In this document: positions 42,011 to 56,294 of the stretch, one piece after another | Layout: each line of letters opens with the position of its first letter | How positions within the stretch are numbered: the first letter of the stretch is position 1 | Origin: Octopus sinensis | Lineage: Eukaryota | NCBI RefSeq assembly: GCF_006345805.1 | Contig: NC_042998.1 | Span: 138,384,001 to 138,448,000, forward strand | Direction of reading: 5' to 3' | DNA length: 64,000 nucleotides | The notes under the pieces: model-generated | Told to the model about the DNA's origin: nothing | Seen by the model: the letters and a program-made list of their open reading frames with translations, nothing else | Databases searched by the model: none | Made by a program: the position numbers and the translations under genes

Positions 42011-43283
42011 CAGTTGCTGCCGATGATGGTGATCACGTCGACGACGGCGGCGATGATGATGATGTGAACAACGGCAACGATGAGGACGGTGATGATAATT
42101 TCCAAGCAAGTCTTATTTCATGAATCACTTGAAGACACCCCACCACATCTTCCACCACCAACACCACTAACGCCAGAACAGCCAAGTCAAAGATAGTTAA
42201 TCGATCGAATGACCTTGAGTACAAACGACACCCCGAAGTGAAAAATGCATTGAAAAATAATGATTTCTGACAAGAAAAACCAAAAAGAAAGCCATCACAG
42301 TAGCTCAGCTGTTAATTCTGTAGAAGGAATGAAAGATGAGTGCATTAGAATACCTTCGCTAAAGACACTGGCAAATAGATGGAATTTTGTAGTTCATTAG
42401 AGAAAATTCAACGATGATAGATAGATAGATACATCAACATCAAGAGTGTAAACGATGACGCCAACAATCTCTGTACGGTGACGATGATGATGATGATGAG
42501 GAGGAGGAGGAGGATGCGGAGGGGGAAGAGGAGGATAGGAATGGCATTGATAATGATAACCATGACAATAACGACAACGATGACGATGATGGTTAGTTTT
42601 TTTTTTTTTTTTGGACCATGATGAAGATGTTGATCACCTTGAAACAAATGATAATTTGAGGACAATGACAAACAGTGCGCTGATGGCATAGCGTTAACAG
42701 CGGTTTTGGCAATGCTGGAGGCGAAGTTGGTAGCATAATGGTTGTGATGGCGAGGGCGGCGGGTGAATGTCGACGTCGACGTCACCGTCATCATTGGAGC
42801 ACTCTGCTTGTTGTCCCAGTTACTACGGTAACATATATAGTGATGGCTTGGGTAGTATTAGCAGCCTGTGGTAGTGGTGGTGCTATTGTTATTGTTGGTG
42901 GTGTTAGCATTGGTGTTGGTGGTCGTGGTCGTTGTGCTGGTGATGGTGGTGCTGGTGTTGTTGTTGTTGGTAGTAGTTGTGTTTGTGGAGTTAGTGTTAG
43001 TGGTGGTGACGAAGTCAGTAGTTAATGGTATATGTGGCTAATTTGGTGGTGGTAGTGATGATGGCGGGGATGATGATGGTCACAGTAGATGTTGCAGTGA
43101 GTGATGATAATGCAAGAAATGGCCTCAATTTAAGAGAATAGCACTAATACTGTTTGGTATTTTTGATATAGTATGACAACAATGGAGGTGGTGGTAGTGG
43201 TGGTGGTGGTGGTGGTCTTAACAACAATAATTGATATGGTAGTAATAGTAGTAGTAGCAGCAGCAGTAGTAGTACTAGCAGCT

Positions 43284-43320
<37 letters not shown>

Positions 43321-43331
43321 AAGTAGTAGTA

Positions 43332-43392
<61 letters not shown>

Positions 43393-43777
43393 CAGCTGTT
43401 GTGGTTGTTGTTCTTGTTATTGTAGTTACAACGTTGTTGCATAGTCTCTAGATCAGCCTGATCGAGCAGAGACATATGACGAGGGTCAGCAATCCCATTT
43501 TCATATGTGCATATGTACGTATGTATGAATGTATGTATGTATGTATGTATGTATGTATGTATGTATGTATGTATGTATACATGTATGTATGTATGTATGA
43601 ATGTATGAATGTATGTATGTAGGTATGCATGCATGCATGCATGCGTGTATGTATGTACACGTACAAATTACGTCTGTACGTATTTATGACATATATACAG
43701 ACGTACATATATCATATATATGTGTGTGGGTGTATGTATATTCTATATTATATATGAACATATATATATACATAATA

Positions 43778-43836
<59 letters not shown>

Positions 43837-44482
43837 CACATATAACAATATACACACACATATATACACATATATACGTCGCACACATACAAGAAACGAA
43901 CTGGCATTATTTTCTTCCTTTTGATAACATGGCAGTGCGGTTTAATGCAAAATGGCTGCTGTTTATAGCGAGTTATAACCATGTAAGAGGCTCCGTTATC
44001 GTTGGAACTTTAACTGAAGTAAATATGGTACTGGCAGTGTTTGAAACGGTAATGGCTATGATAGACTTGCTCTTCGTTTTGGCGCTTTTATTGGGCCTTT
44101 TTTCTTTTGTTTTTCTTTCATTCCGGTACCATGGAAGAAGAAACATATATTAGCGTTGAACAATCTTGATTTGTTTGAATAAACTATATACGTTGGCTGA
44201 TGCGACAGTAACGAAGCGTTATTTCACACACAACCAGTAATCAAGGTGTTTGGTGACAGGCGTCACGTGACGGCTTCATTAGACGCGACCTTTATCACGC
44301 TGCTGCATCAGTTAGAAGACCTCAATATCTAATGACGAATATCGCCTGATTTAGGTGGTTACATGGTGGGAAAATGAAAAAGGTGTGGTGGGGGTTGTTA
44401 AGCAGGAAAAGGAGGATAAATTCAAACGTCAGGAATACTAGATAGTATGGAATAAAGATAGATATATACACACACACACATA

Positions 44483-44542
<60 letters not shown>

Positions 44543-44933
44543 TATATATGTATATATATATACATATGTATATATACATATATATTCATATATTATTGAT
44601 ATCACATAATGTATGTTGTTAACATCGATGATGTTTACACTATAGAGCAGCTGCTACATACATACATGTATCCACTCGCGCGCACACGCAAACACAGATA
44701 TATACATGTGTGTTTGTGTGTGTGTATCTGTGTGTAATTCTACTGTTTCCAGTATATGTCTATTTACCCCGTCTCCTGGGGACGAAGTGACACAACTGCT
44801 GTTCTGATGCCACCATTCGAGGCAGAAACACGTGTCCAAAGTTGTCATCCTGTCTCTTAACAGCGGACTGTATTTTCCTTAACGGCTTGGAAATTTTAGA
44901 AAATTCTTGATTCTTAAAACAGTTTGAAGCTGT

Positions 44934-45022
<89 letters not shown>

Positions 45023-45195
45023 TGTGTGCATGCGCGTGTATATATATATATATATATATATAAATCAATAAATAGTGGGGTTGTGTTGACCGCACGTGGA
45101 GAAATGATAGGCAAGGAAAAATTATAAAAAGGCAGAATGCTAAATTGAAAGAAAATTTTAATGAAAATGGGTGTATGGAAAATTTTGAAAAATTG

Positions 45196-45257
<62 letters not shown>

Positions 45258-45258
45258 T

Positions 45259-45300
45259 AATTCAAACCGGTTTTCGTCATAATGTGACTTTTCAAGAATT
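45259..45300 (-). ncRNA. Type I hammerhead ribozyme, U3-A8 variant, at the PLE 3' terminus
   Basis: AAUUC-UUGAAAA-GUCA CAUUA UGAC-GAAA-ACCGGU-UU-GAAUU, followed directly by (TA)n. Confidence 0.85.
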
Positions 45301-47128
45301 GTAAAGAAAAATTTTTTTTTAAATTTGAGGAGAGGGAAAAAGAAAATTCCATTGTTTTTTGCAAAAAAGTAATAATAAATATATACAAAAATTAAAAAGT
45401 AGGTACTCCGATACATTGTAAAGTCTTTGTGTATCTTGAGTTTAATGATAGTTCTTGAAAAAATACCTTGTGCTGTTTAATTTAATTAAGGATGTCTCTT
45501 AAGTGAATGGCAAAACAGGAAGTAGTAGTCCAGTTCCTGTGAATAAGGGGAGACAACTCTATGGGTTTTAAGCTCTTCAATTTGGGTTTATCAATTTTTT
45601 GTAATAAAGGGTGTTAATAAACCTTAAATTATAAAGTTATCATTTGCATTATCTTTTTTTATATAATTGTTTGCTAACTTAACATTCAGATTTTAACACT
45701 TTATTTATATTGTTTTCTAATTATATAAATTTACATAAACCAATTTATAATTACATTTCAGATTGTTATGTCATATATAATAAAAATAATAATACTAATA
45801 ATAACAACAATAATAATAAGAATAATTAAAGAATATAAGTTTTAGCTTGAAGTGATGACTGCATGGTATCCTTATATATTTGTGTTAGTCCATCCATGAA
45901 GAATGAGGTGGAAAAAAGAAGTATGATCAACGAGGAGTTTGCATATTAAGATGCATTTTGAATTTTTCAATAAAGAGATTCTCCTTGTTAATTCTCTCCT
46001 GTGTGGTGATTCCGTCTTTACATTGGTAGAAGGGGAATATGTAGAATTTGGGATTTTTATCATTAGCGCATGAGTCTATGTGGTCACTCAGTGGGATTTG
46101 CCGGTATTCCGGGAGATTTATTTGTTCTTTATGCACCGCTACTCTTTTACGTAAAGGGAGGCTCGTTTGTCCAACATAATTATGTTGGCAACCGGTGCAT
46201 GTGAGAACGTAGATAAGGTTCTCGGAGGAACAGAAGTTGGTCTTGATTTTAAACTTCGCTCCTTGTTTGAAGATAAATTCAGAGCCTTCAAGTAGGAAGG
46301 GGCATGTGCCACAGTTTGGCCGTGCACATTTTTTAACTGCTGGGGGTGGATGTGGTGTGTGAAGTTTGGCATTTGTCAAGAGTTTTTTTAAGATTTGTGT
46401 TGCCTTTTACATTTGAGGATTTTGTGTGTATTTATAATGTTTTTCATTTTTGGGTCTGTTGACAGTAGAGTGAGGTTTTGTATGATTGTGGTGTATGCTT
46501 CGATATTTTTGGGGTTGTGGGTGGAAATGTATGGAAGTATTTTGGGGTTGTGTGTGTTGTTGGGTTGGGTGGTTTTCAGTGTAATGTCTAGTTCTTTGGC
46601 GCGTTTTATTCCATACTCTATAAGGGTGGAGGGATATTGGCGTTGTAATAGTGTTTTTTTAGGTCTTGAAGGCGTATTTCTCGAGTTTTTGGATCCGAGA
46701 CAATGGTGCATACCCTTTTAGCTAAGTTGAAAGGGATATTTGTCTTGGTGTGTTTTGGGTGGCATGAACTAAAGAGGAGGTATTGTTGTGAGTCTGTAGG
46801 TTTGTGGTAGATGTCTGTTATGATTTGGTTCTTATGTGTTTTTATAATTAGGAGATCAAGGAAAGGGAGATGATATTTGCTGAATTCCATAGTGAATTGG
46901 ATGTTGGGATGTATGTTGTTCAGTATGTATTTGAATTCCAGAAGCTTTTCATAAAATTCTTTCCATATGATGAAACAATCATCCAAATACCTTTTCCAGT
47001 TTTCCATTAGGTAGGTGTGGAAAACATGTCCAAATTTCTGGCGTGATATCTCATAGAGTGATAGTTCGAAGAAACCCATTATGAGGTTCGCAAGGACTGG
47101 TGCAGCCTTGGTACCCATCGCAATACCA

Positions 47129-47130
<2 letters not shown>
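45259..47130 (-). mobile_element. Neptune-type Penelope-like element 1: 5'-truncated, frameshifted, flanked by (TA)n on both sides
   Basis: QCGIAMGTKAAP, WKRYLDD, FLDLLI, IYHKPTD; linker CARPNCGTCP; GIY-YIG NLIYVLTCTGCQHNYVGQT with downstream His residues. Confidence 0.93.
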
Positions 47131-47179
<49 letters not shown>

Positions 47180-47321
47180 CATATATATATAATGGATAAT
47201 AAAACGAATTGTTTACACCTGGTAACTTACTGGTAATGCACGGTATCTATGCTAGATGTGTCGAAACAATTGTCGTGATTAATAAATTCTCGTATATTCC
47301 ATCTTCTGTCTTTCATTTGCC

Positions 47322-47360
<39 letters not shown>

Positions 47361-48947
47361 ATAGACTTCTTTCAGTTTTCGTCTACCAAATACACGCACA
47401 TGGTTCTGTGTTTGTCCCCTACCACTACTTGACAACTTGTGTTGGTGTGTCTACGTCCCTGTGAATTAGCGGTTCGGCAAAATAGACCGATAGAATAAAA
47501 ATGAAGTTTATAAAACAATAAGTACTGGAATCGATTCATTTGACTAAATGTTACTCAAACGATGCTCTAGTATGGCCACATTCTAATGACTGAAACATGT
47601 AAAAGGTAAAAGATATTTGAAAATCTGAATATTGTATTTCACTTGAAATATAAATATATTGTAGATATTGTTTCTTTTCAAGTGCTATCTATATAGATAG
47701 GTTCGGAACCTAAGCAACTGAAGAAAGCTACTAAGGAAATAATAGCCATAGCAGTTAACCCTTAGCCTGTCCTGTGTATCGCATGTGATACACAGGATAT
47801 TTCCTTGGCGTCCATGCATAATATATGATACACATTTCCAGTTTGTTTTCAACTGTCAGAAGGGAAAGCTTTATATTTCACAGAAAGTATGGAACAAGGA
47901 CTAACTTAAAGTCTGGAAGCAAACATGGAGGTTTTAGACAAACTTATGAAAACGCTTTGAACATGCAAATGGTTAAAACCTGTTCTGGGTAACTGTGGTT
48001 GATAAGAGATCGCAGATGGAACCCTTTTGCATCAAAAGCTAATTCTGTCTTCGCTGCCTCACTCAGGCGAGTCATGCAGGCTTGTGACCATGAGATGCCC
48101 GCTGAAGATACAAAAGGATTTCCAGCTTCTGTCATGGCTTTAGTCAACATCAAAAACAGCTTGTAACATCTTTAAGTACCTCGTGCTGTTTCTGTGCAAG
48201 GTAAAGCAACATTGATGTTTATTTCACTAGTTTCGGCATTTATTTTTACATTAAGTTTTATTGTTTTTGCTTAAAATAAAAATTAAATTAATAGTTTTTA
48301 GAATGATAATAATTTTTCAACGATAATTTATTTATTTTTTCATTTCGTATTTAAGTCTCGCCATTTCCGGCTTTTGATTTTCAGTTATTTTGCACATAAT
48401 TTTTCTCTTTTTTTTTTAGCACACTAAAATAAAATTTAACGATGTATCTACTCATTAGTATGTAAAACATCGTTAGTATGTAAAATTCCTATTTGTGCGC
48501 ATGATTATGTGTGGATGTATATGTTTATGTTCACACAGTTTCTGAAGGGAGGAATCGGATGTACGTCCGGTTATCCCCATATCCTATGCGTGCACACACG
48601 CATATGCACACTCACACACACACACTCATTCACTCAGATACACACTTACATACATACACATCGCATACACACATACACACATATATAAATACAATCATAT
48701 ATATAATGTGTGTGTATGTGTCTCGTTGTTTTTCAGTAGAGTACACTTTTTAATAATTTTTCAGGAAAAGTTTAACAGTTACTTTGAAGTTCCAGCTAGC
48801 CAACCGTCGTATGATAAAGGCTAATAAGCCGTTAAGTTAGTACCGACCTTTTTACCGAAAAGTGCGCGTGTGTGTAAGTGTGTGCATGCTTGTGCGTGTG
48901 TGTGTGTGTGTATGTGCATGTGTATGCCTGCATATATATATATATAT

Positions 48948-51600
48948 ATTTGTTGTTGAAAATGCACCTAAATTTGAAAAACTTGTAATTATTTTTAAAT
49001 AAATTTATTTACATACATACCAAACCAGTTTCAACAATATTCTTTGTTTATCAATGGTACCTCCGATCAAAACCGAACTTCAGCAAATACAACAAAATGA
49101 CTCTTTAAGAGAATCAATCAACTGGAACGGCTGATGAATTTTGTGCATTTAAACAAGATGATCCACATCTTTTATATTATTGAATGTAATGAATATTTAA
49201 ATCATATTTCATATTATTGAAACTTGTAAACATTGAAATTTTTAAACATGTTTTTCTAATTCGTAATTTAGAATTTTTACTATTGATAAATAAAAAAATA
49301 TTGTTGGCATGTATGTAAATTAATTTATTTAAATACAATTACAAGGTTTTCAAATTTAGGTCTATTGTCAACAACAAATTTTCCTATATTTTTCTGCGTG
49401 GAAATACACCTCTTTTGTTATATATATATCTACCATGCTAGGTACGAAAATGCCACCCAAACACAAACAACAGGATAACACGACACTCGAGAAAATCTTG
49501 TGTGAACTACAAGTCATCAACTCAAAACTCGCTCTCTTAACGAACAAACTCGACAAATTACATTGCAACTGTCAAGAAATATGCCCAAAAAAGGAAGATC
49601 CCTCTTTTTCAACTTCAATAAGAACACTTATAGACAAAAATCAGGCATGGCGATGAGAAAGAGGGTAGCCGCGACTTTTACTATCTTTGTCATGGCATAC
49701 GTGGAAGTCCAAAAATACGAGCACGCTAGACTGAAATTTGGAGACAACTTCCAAAAATACTTACTCACCAACTGGAAACGCTACCAGGATGACTGTTTCA
49801 TTTTGTGGCCACATAACATTGAGCAACTCACAAAATTTAAAAGCTTAATCAACAGCATTAACCACAGTATCCAGTTCACAATGGAATACAACCACAAACA
49901 GCTACCCTTCCTGGACATCTTAATCATAAACAGTGATACTGAAATTGAAACCAACATCTTCTTCAAACCAACCGACTTAAAACAATATTTTCTGTTCTCC
50001 TCCTGCCACCCAAAACATACTAAAATAAATATACCGTTCAACTTACCAAGAAGAATTTGCACGATTGCATCAAATCCCGGAACCCCAAGAAAAGCGACTC
50101 TAAGAACTTAAAAACACATTACTAGATAGAAAATAACTGGCTAGTCAAATAAAAAACGGAATAGAACGTGCAAAAATGACAGACATCCAAGAGTTACGAA
50201 AAACAAGAAAACACCATGACACACTTAAAAATTTATCTTACGTATCAATACACAATCCGAGGAACATGGAAGCATACAACATCATCCACCAAAACATACC
50301 CCTCCTTATGAATGACCTGCGAATGAAAATGGCACTGGAAACACATAGGATTTTTAAAAGCAATCCCTAAAAAGGTTACTCACCAGCGCCAAATCACCCA
50401 CCAAAAATACAACCCTCTTGTCAAAAAGTGCAACAGCTCTAACTGCAGGACTTGCATCTTCCTTTTAGAGGGCTCAACATACAAATTTGTCAGGTCAAAA
50501 TTTTACCATAAAAAATCACTTCACCTGTGCTTCGAAGAACTTAATCTATGTTCTCAAATGTGGATGGTGTGGTGGAGACTACATAGGTCAAACTAGTTTG
50601 ACCTTGAGGGACAGAAAATGGTACACAGGCAACAAATCCGGGACCCCACGACCCGTAAGCAAACACCTAGACCAATGCCCCGCAAACATAAAACCGAAAT
50701 ACCAAATCTTCCCTCTCTATCAATGCACCGGAAAAAAACGTCAACCCAATTCCATTTAAATAAGGAAAGTATGCTCATTACAATACATAAACCACAGCTG
50801 AATATCGTTTAGAAAGGAGAAAAAACACTAAAGAGAAAAAGGAAAAAAGACCTAATTTCTCCACAAAAAAAATAATAAAACAACCAGATACAACAGACAC
50901 GCGGGTTTCGAAACCGCAACTCCTACTCACCATACAAACACCAGCTGCTGACGTCACCTAACTCTAGACCAATAAAATTTTACTTCCGATCAAATGCAAC
51001 AAAATGACCCTTTAAGGGAATCAACCTACCAGAACGGCTGATGACCGTTCCCCACAGGGAAGCCAACCAGGCAGAACGACAAACTTGACCACCAGAAAAA
51101 TAAGACGTCACTAGTACTTTAATGACTCAAAAATCAGATCCGTTCTCGGAAAAAATTATAAATTCACCGGATTCCAAAAACCACAGTTACAAACGAAAGT
51201 CCCTGCATACGACGGAAAAAGAATCATAGAAACTGTAAACAAAACCCTTTTTTATTATCTTCATTTCTCCCCTGTTTTCCTCCCTCTTAACTTAGTATGA
51301 CCGAAACTTTGATGATACACTGTTCTACATTTTTTTATATTATTGAATGTGATGAATATTTAAATAATATTTCAAATTTTTGAAAGTTGTAAACATTAGA
51401 ACTTTCAAATATGTTTTTTCTAATTCGTAATTTTAAATTTTTACCTCTGATAAACAAAGAATATTGTTGGAACTAGTTTAGTGTGTATGTAAATAAATTT
51501 ATCTAAAAACAATTACAAGTATTTTAAATTTAGGTGCATTTTCGACAACAAATTTTCCTATGTTTCTTCTAGCGTTGAAATACACCTCCTCTTTTGTTGC
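48948..51600 (+). mobile_element. Neptune-type Penelope-like element 2 with inverted and tandem pLTRs
   Basis: RQKSGMAM, WKRYQDD, FLDILI, CNSSNCRTC linker, NLIYVLKCGWCGGDYIGQT. pLTR copies at about 49060-49425 and 50975-51600; inverted piece at 48948-49055 ending in (TA)n. Confidence 0.9.
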
Positions 51601-53950
51601 GTGCATGTGTATGTGTGTGTATGTATACATATGTACTCCTAAAAAGAAAACGAAGAAAAATCACACAAGCAAAAACAACAACGCGAGGACGTGGTACATG
51701 CAAAGTATTAACAGACGCTCAGGGAAGGAAAGAAAGGTAGATTTACGTTTCGAGCAAAGCTCTTCTTCAGAAACAAGAGACAGAGGCAAGTCCGAGAGAA
51801 AGGGAAGATGGAGGAAAAAAATCGCCAACGATCCACATGTGATTACATTTTGAAATGACCGGAAGGGAATGGGTGAAGAAAAAATTCTTTCTAAGACAGG
51901 AGAGTGTAAAAGGAGGTATCGGTGTGTATGTGTGGGTATATATGCGCGCAAGTGTGTGTGTGTGTAATAGCATGTGTGTGTGTTGTGTGTGTGTATGTGT
52001 GTGTGTGGTGTTGACTGTTTATATGTGTATGTGTGAGTGAACTGTGTGTCTGTTAACGTTGTAGGAAGAATTCAGCAGCATAGTGCCAGGAGTGGTGGTC
52101 TTTTGTCTAGCTGTGTGTTTCTTCACATGTGCGTAGAGGAATGGTCAGTAGAAAGGTGTTTGACTGGCAGTTTGAAGTATGTGTATGTATGTGTGTGCGT
52201 GTATATGTATGTTGTGTTTGTGTTTTTTTTTTGGTGTGTGGTGTGCGTGTGTGTCTACGTGTGTGTAATTGCGTATGTATGTGCATGTGTATATGTGTGT
52301 GCGTGGGGTTGTGTGGAGGTGTATGTGCGTTCCTGTGTGTGTGCGTGTATGAGCATTCGTGTGTGTGCGTGTGTGAGCATTCGTGCGTGTGTGCGAGCAT
52401 GTGCCTGTGTGTACATACGTGTGTGTACGTCCGTGTATGTGTAACTGTGTGCATGTATGTACGAGTGTGTTGTGTGTGTGTGTGAGTGGTACGTGTGCGT
52501 TCATGTACGTGTGCGTGCGTGTGTGAGTACGCGTGTGCATATGTGTATGCGCGTGTGTATGCGTGTGTATGTGTACGTGTGTATGTGCATGTGTATATGA
52601 GTGTGTACGTGGGATTTTGTGTGTAGAGGTTTATGTGCGTTTCTGTGCATGTGTGCGCGTGCGTGTAGTTGTGTGTGCGTGTGATAGAATAAGTACTAGG
52701 CTTACAAAGAATAAGTCCTCGGGTCGATTTCGTCGGTAAAAAAACCCTTTTAAGGCGGTACTCCAGCATGGCCACAACCAAATGACTGAAACAAGTAAAA
52801 GAATTAAAAAAATACTCTTTATATTTCTATTTTAGTTTTTGTTTTACATTCGTCGTTGTCATCACTTTATTTTATATCAGTGTTAGTTTTGTTGTTTTTA
52901 TTGTTACTTTTCTTAATGTTGTGGTTGTTATAATCATCGTCGCTGTTGTCCTTGCTTTTATTGCATCCCTTGTTTGTTTGTTTTTGTTGTTATTGTTGTC
53001 TAGTACGAGTGGTGGTTGTGGCGATAACGGTGCGCTGCAGTAATTCTTGTTCTTGTTGGTGTAGCTGACCTCGCCTTTGGCAACAGTCACCACCACCACC
53101 ACCACTACTACTCCGCCTTGTATAACGCCGAGACGACTTGTGTGAGAAGTACATACATACATACATACATATATGTGTGCATGTATGTATATACATGCAC
53201 ACATATATGTATGTATGTATGTTTATACATGCACTCAATGCACACATACATATATATACATATATGCACACATACATATGTCTATATATATATATATACA
53301 TACATGCGTGTATGCATGTATGTGTATACCTATATGTGTGTCTATGTATGTGGAGAGGTAGTACATATACATTGATATATACATATAAACATACAGAACC
53401 AGTCAGACAGACTGGCTGAAAGAGTGTGTTTATGAGTGTGTGAGTGCACGCGTACGATTAAGTGTCTGTGTGTGCTCATGTGCATGTGCGTGTGTGTGCG
53501 CGCGCACAGAAAAAAATCACAGATGTTACAGTTTGCCCCTCAGCTTCCTGTCACACCTCGGTCTAATTAACTGAAGTTACACGCACCATATTTCACCTCT
53601 CATTCGTGTAACCTGATATACACCGGGACGTTGATCTGTTGTTATTGTTTTACTTTCAGATTTTTTTAGTTTTTAATGGATATGTCCCTTTTGTTATTTT
53701 CGGGAGCGGATACCAAATTCAAAAACCTGATTTAAATTTTGGAAGTAACTTTTGTACTTTCGCTGATTTTACGAATTCTCTTGAGAAAGGCATGACTATT
53801 AAATAATCTTATATCCATTACGCGATAAATTTAAAGCTGTGTACTGAAACACTACAGAATAAGCCCTTAACTATATCTGCAACTGGGTATCAAGTCCCGA
53901 TTACAAAACATTTCATAACAGAATAAATAATTGTATCACCCTATTTTATG

Positions 53951-54414
53951 CTACAAACTACAGTAGCATCCACCCTTAGGGGTTAGCCATATTTAAATGG
54001 CAAATATACGTCACGATGTGTTGCAGCTACTGTTTATAACTCGCTCTTAGATTTATTATTGCTTGTTTACACTTTTTCGATATCAGTGTCTTTACGATAC
54101 TGGAAAAAGGATATGCATTTGCGAAGGGAACCTACTTTTCATCGACAACTGTGATTGTCACACGCCGATGACGGGTCAATACTCAGAAACTCGAGTCCGT
54201 GTGTATCATAAGTTGAAGACGGGAAGGATGGCTTCCCTTTGCAAATACTGATAGGGCACAGAAAGTGTGTCTATAGCCAGCTGGAGGAGGTGTCCTCCTG
54301 GGGCTACAAACTACAGTAGCATCCACCCTTGGGGGTTAGCCATATTTAAATGGCAAATATACGTCACGATGTGTTGCAGCTACTGTTTATAACTCGCTCT
54401 AAGATTTATTATTG
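53951..54414 (+). mobile_element. HHR-bearing element family F: 353 bp unit plus ~112 bp terminal direct repeat, 11 bp TSD
   Basis: Repeats at 53950-54062 and 54303-54415 have 2 mismatches; CCTATTTTATG occurs at 53940-53950 and 54415-54425. Confidence 0.85.
54159..54203 (+). ncRNA. Type I hammerhead ribozyme, family F (U4C)
   Basis: CACACG-CCGAUGA-C GGGU CAAU ACUC A-GAAA-CUCGAG-UC-CGUGUG. Confidence 0.75.
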
Positions 54415-55547
54415 CCTATTTTATGGTTATTTGTACAATCTTACTAAGCATTATGCTTTGTCCAAAATGTAAGGCGGCGAGATGGCAGACTCATTACTGC
54501 ACCTCACAAAATGCTTACTGGTACTCCGTTGGTTACGACGATGGAGGGTTCCAATTAATCCGATCAACGGAACAGCTTGCTCGTGAAATTGACATGCAAC
54601 TGGCTGAATACTCCACAGACACGCGTATGCTTAATGTAGTTCACAGGAAGATTCAGCGTGACACAGAATGTGACAAGGCTGTCCCTTTGAAATACAAGTA
54701 CTACTCATTTTTGGAGCAACGAAAAATAAAGTGTTTAGCTCAAAGACACAACGCGCCGCCAGAAATCGAACTCACGACCTTATGATCTTGAGCTGAATAC
54801 CCTGGTATTTTTCCGGTTGTTTACATTCTGAGTTCAAATGCTGCCGAGGTCGACTTTGCCTTTCATCTATGCAGCGTTGATAAAAAAAAGTACCAGTTGT
54901 GTATAGATGTCAACGTAATTGATTTCTCATCCCCTCAAATCTGCTGGCCTTGTGCCAAAATGAGAAAGAATTATTCTTTGTTCAAAATAATTTAAAAATT
55001 TATTATATCCAATTTTTTTTTTCACTGAGTGGACTTGGGGTAAGCACGACCAGTTCATGACATAGTCTTGGTATAGCGTAATTTAAGCTATTTAGAAAGT
55101 CACGGACGTAACAATATCCTGTTCCACACACCATCTATAAATATAAGGTAGGGTAGCTATATAAGAAATCACTGGGTCCACACTCCTCAAAATCTTGGAA
55201 CTCCCGTACCACACAACCGGATGCAGTTTAAAATCACACGCACGCACACACACACACACAACACACACACACACACACACACACATCAAAAGAGAGAGAG
55301 AGGGAGGAAGAACAGATGTATTTAATTCTTGAAAATAGGGTTGTGAAGGTCTGGAAATGTCAAATGGGAATTTAGAAACTTACCATTCCAAAGTAGCTAT
55401 TAAAAAAACTAAGAAAAACGAAAAATTTAAAATAGGAATTTGAACACGGCCGTGTATTTAATAAGACACACCCACACACCACACATATATGTATACATAT
55501 ATATAAATGTGTGTGTGTGTGTGTGTTATTAGTGTAATAATAATTAC

Positions 55548-55598
<51 letters not shown>

Positions 55599-56294
55599 AA
55601 AATCGACGAATTGGGGAGAATCGTTAGCGCGGCGGACAAAATGCTTAACAGCGCTTCTTCCGTCCTTACGTTCTCAGCTCAAATTCCGCCGAGGTCACCT
55701 TTGCTTTTCATACTTTCGAGGTCGACGAATTAAGTACCAGTTGAATACTGAGGTTGATATAATCGACTAGCTCCCCACCACCACCAAGATTTCAGGTCTT
55801 ATGCTTATAGTTGAAAAAAGTTAATATTGTTGTTGTTGGCTGAAGTAATTTAAACTCATTCTCTACTATTTTGGTAACCATAATCTACTGGAGTCTGTAT
55901 TGAACTTATTATTTTCACTTTATTTCATACGGTGCTGTATCACATTGTTTATCTTAAATTTTTCCACTATTTTCATTATCTATAATTTGCAACATGTATT
56001 ATTGTAGCAGAGAATTTCCATTTATACACGATAAGATATTCTGATGTTTCCGGATCTAATCAACTTTCCAAAATTTACGTAGCTTGATTATTATATACAC
56101 ATATCATTTCCACTTTAGAAGCCTTCTTAAAAAAATACCTTAACATTTTACCAGCAATTCTTTAACGTGATAAGCTTTACTCCATGATAGAATTTACTAT
56201 TGCAGCTATGGGGTGTTACATTAGCTCCGGCGTCCTACTGATAGTATGTTATTCTCGTTTCTTTATCAGGAGTATTAGCGACGTAAGAGAAGTG

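Noticed and set aside
43929-44153. 74 aa hydrophobic ORF in unique sequence
   Set aside because: It is short, has no recognisable motif, and AT-rich DNA readily gives hydrophobic frames.
47755-47790. TTAACCCTT piggyBac-like end with a nearby palindrome
   Set aside because: No matching second terminus or transposase was found.
45927-50812. Naiad-type or selenoprotein-encoding PLE
   Set aside because: The endonuclease is C-terminal with a Cys linker (Neptune layout), and the disruptions are frameshifts rather than conserved in-frame UGA codons.
51032-51050. GAACGG-CTGATGA-CCGTTC in the PLE2 3' region
   Set aside because: It is a simple hairpin with CUGAUGA as the loop; there is no GAAA or stem III.
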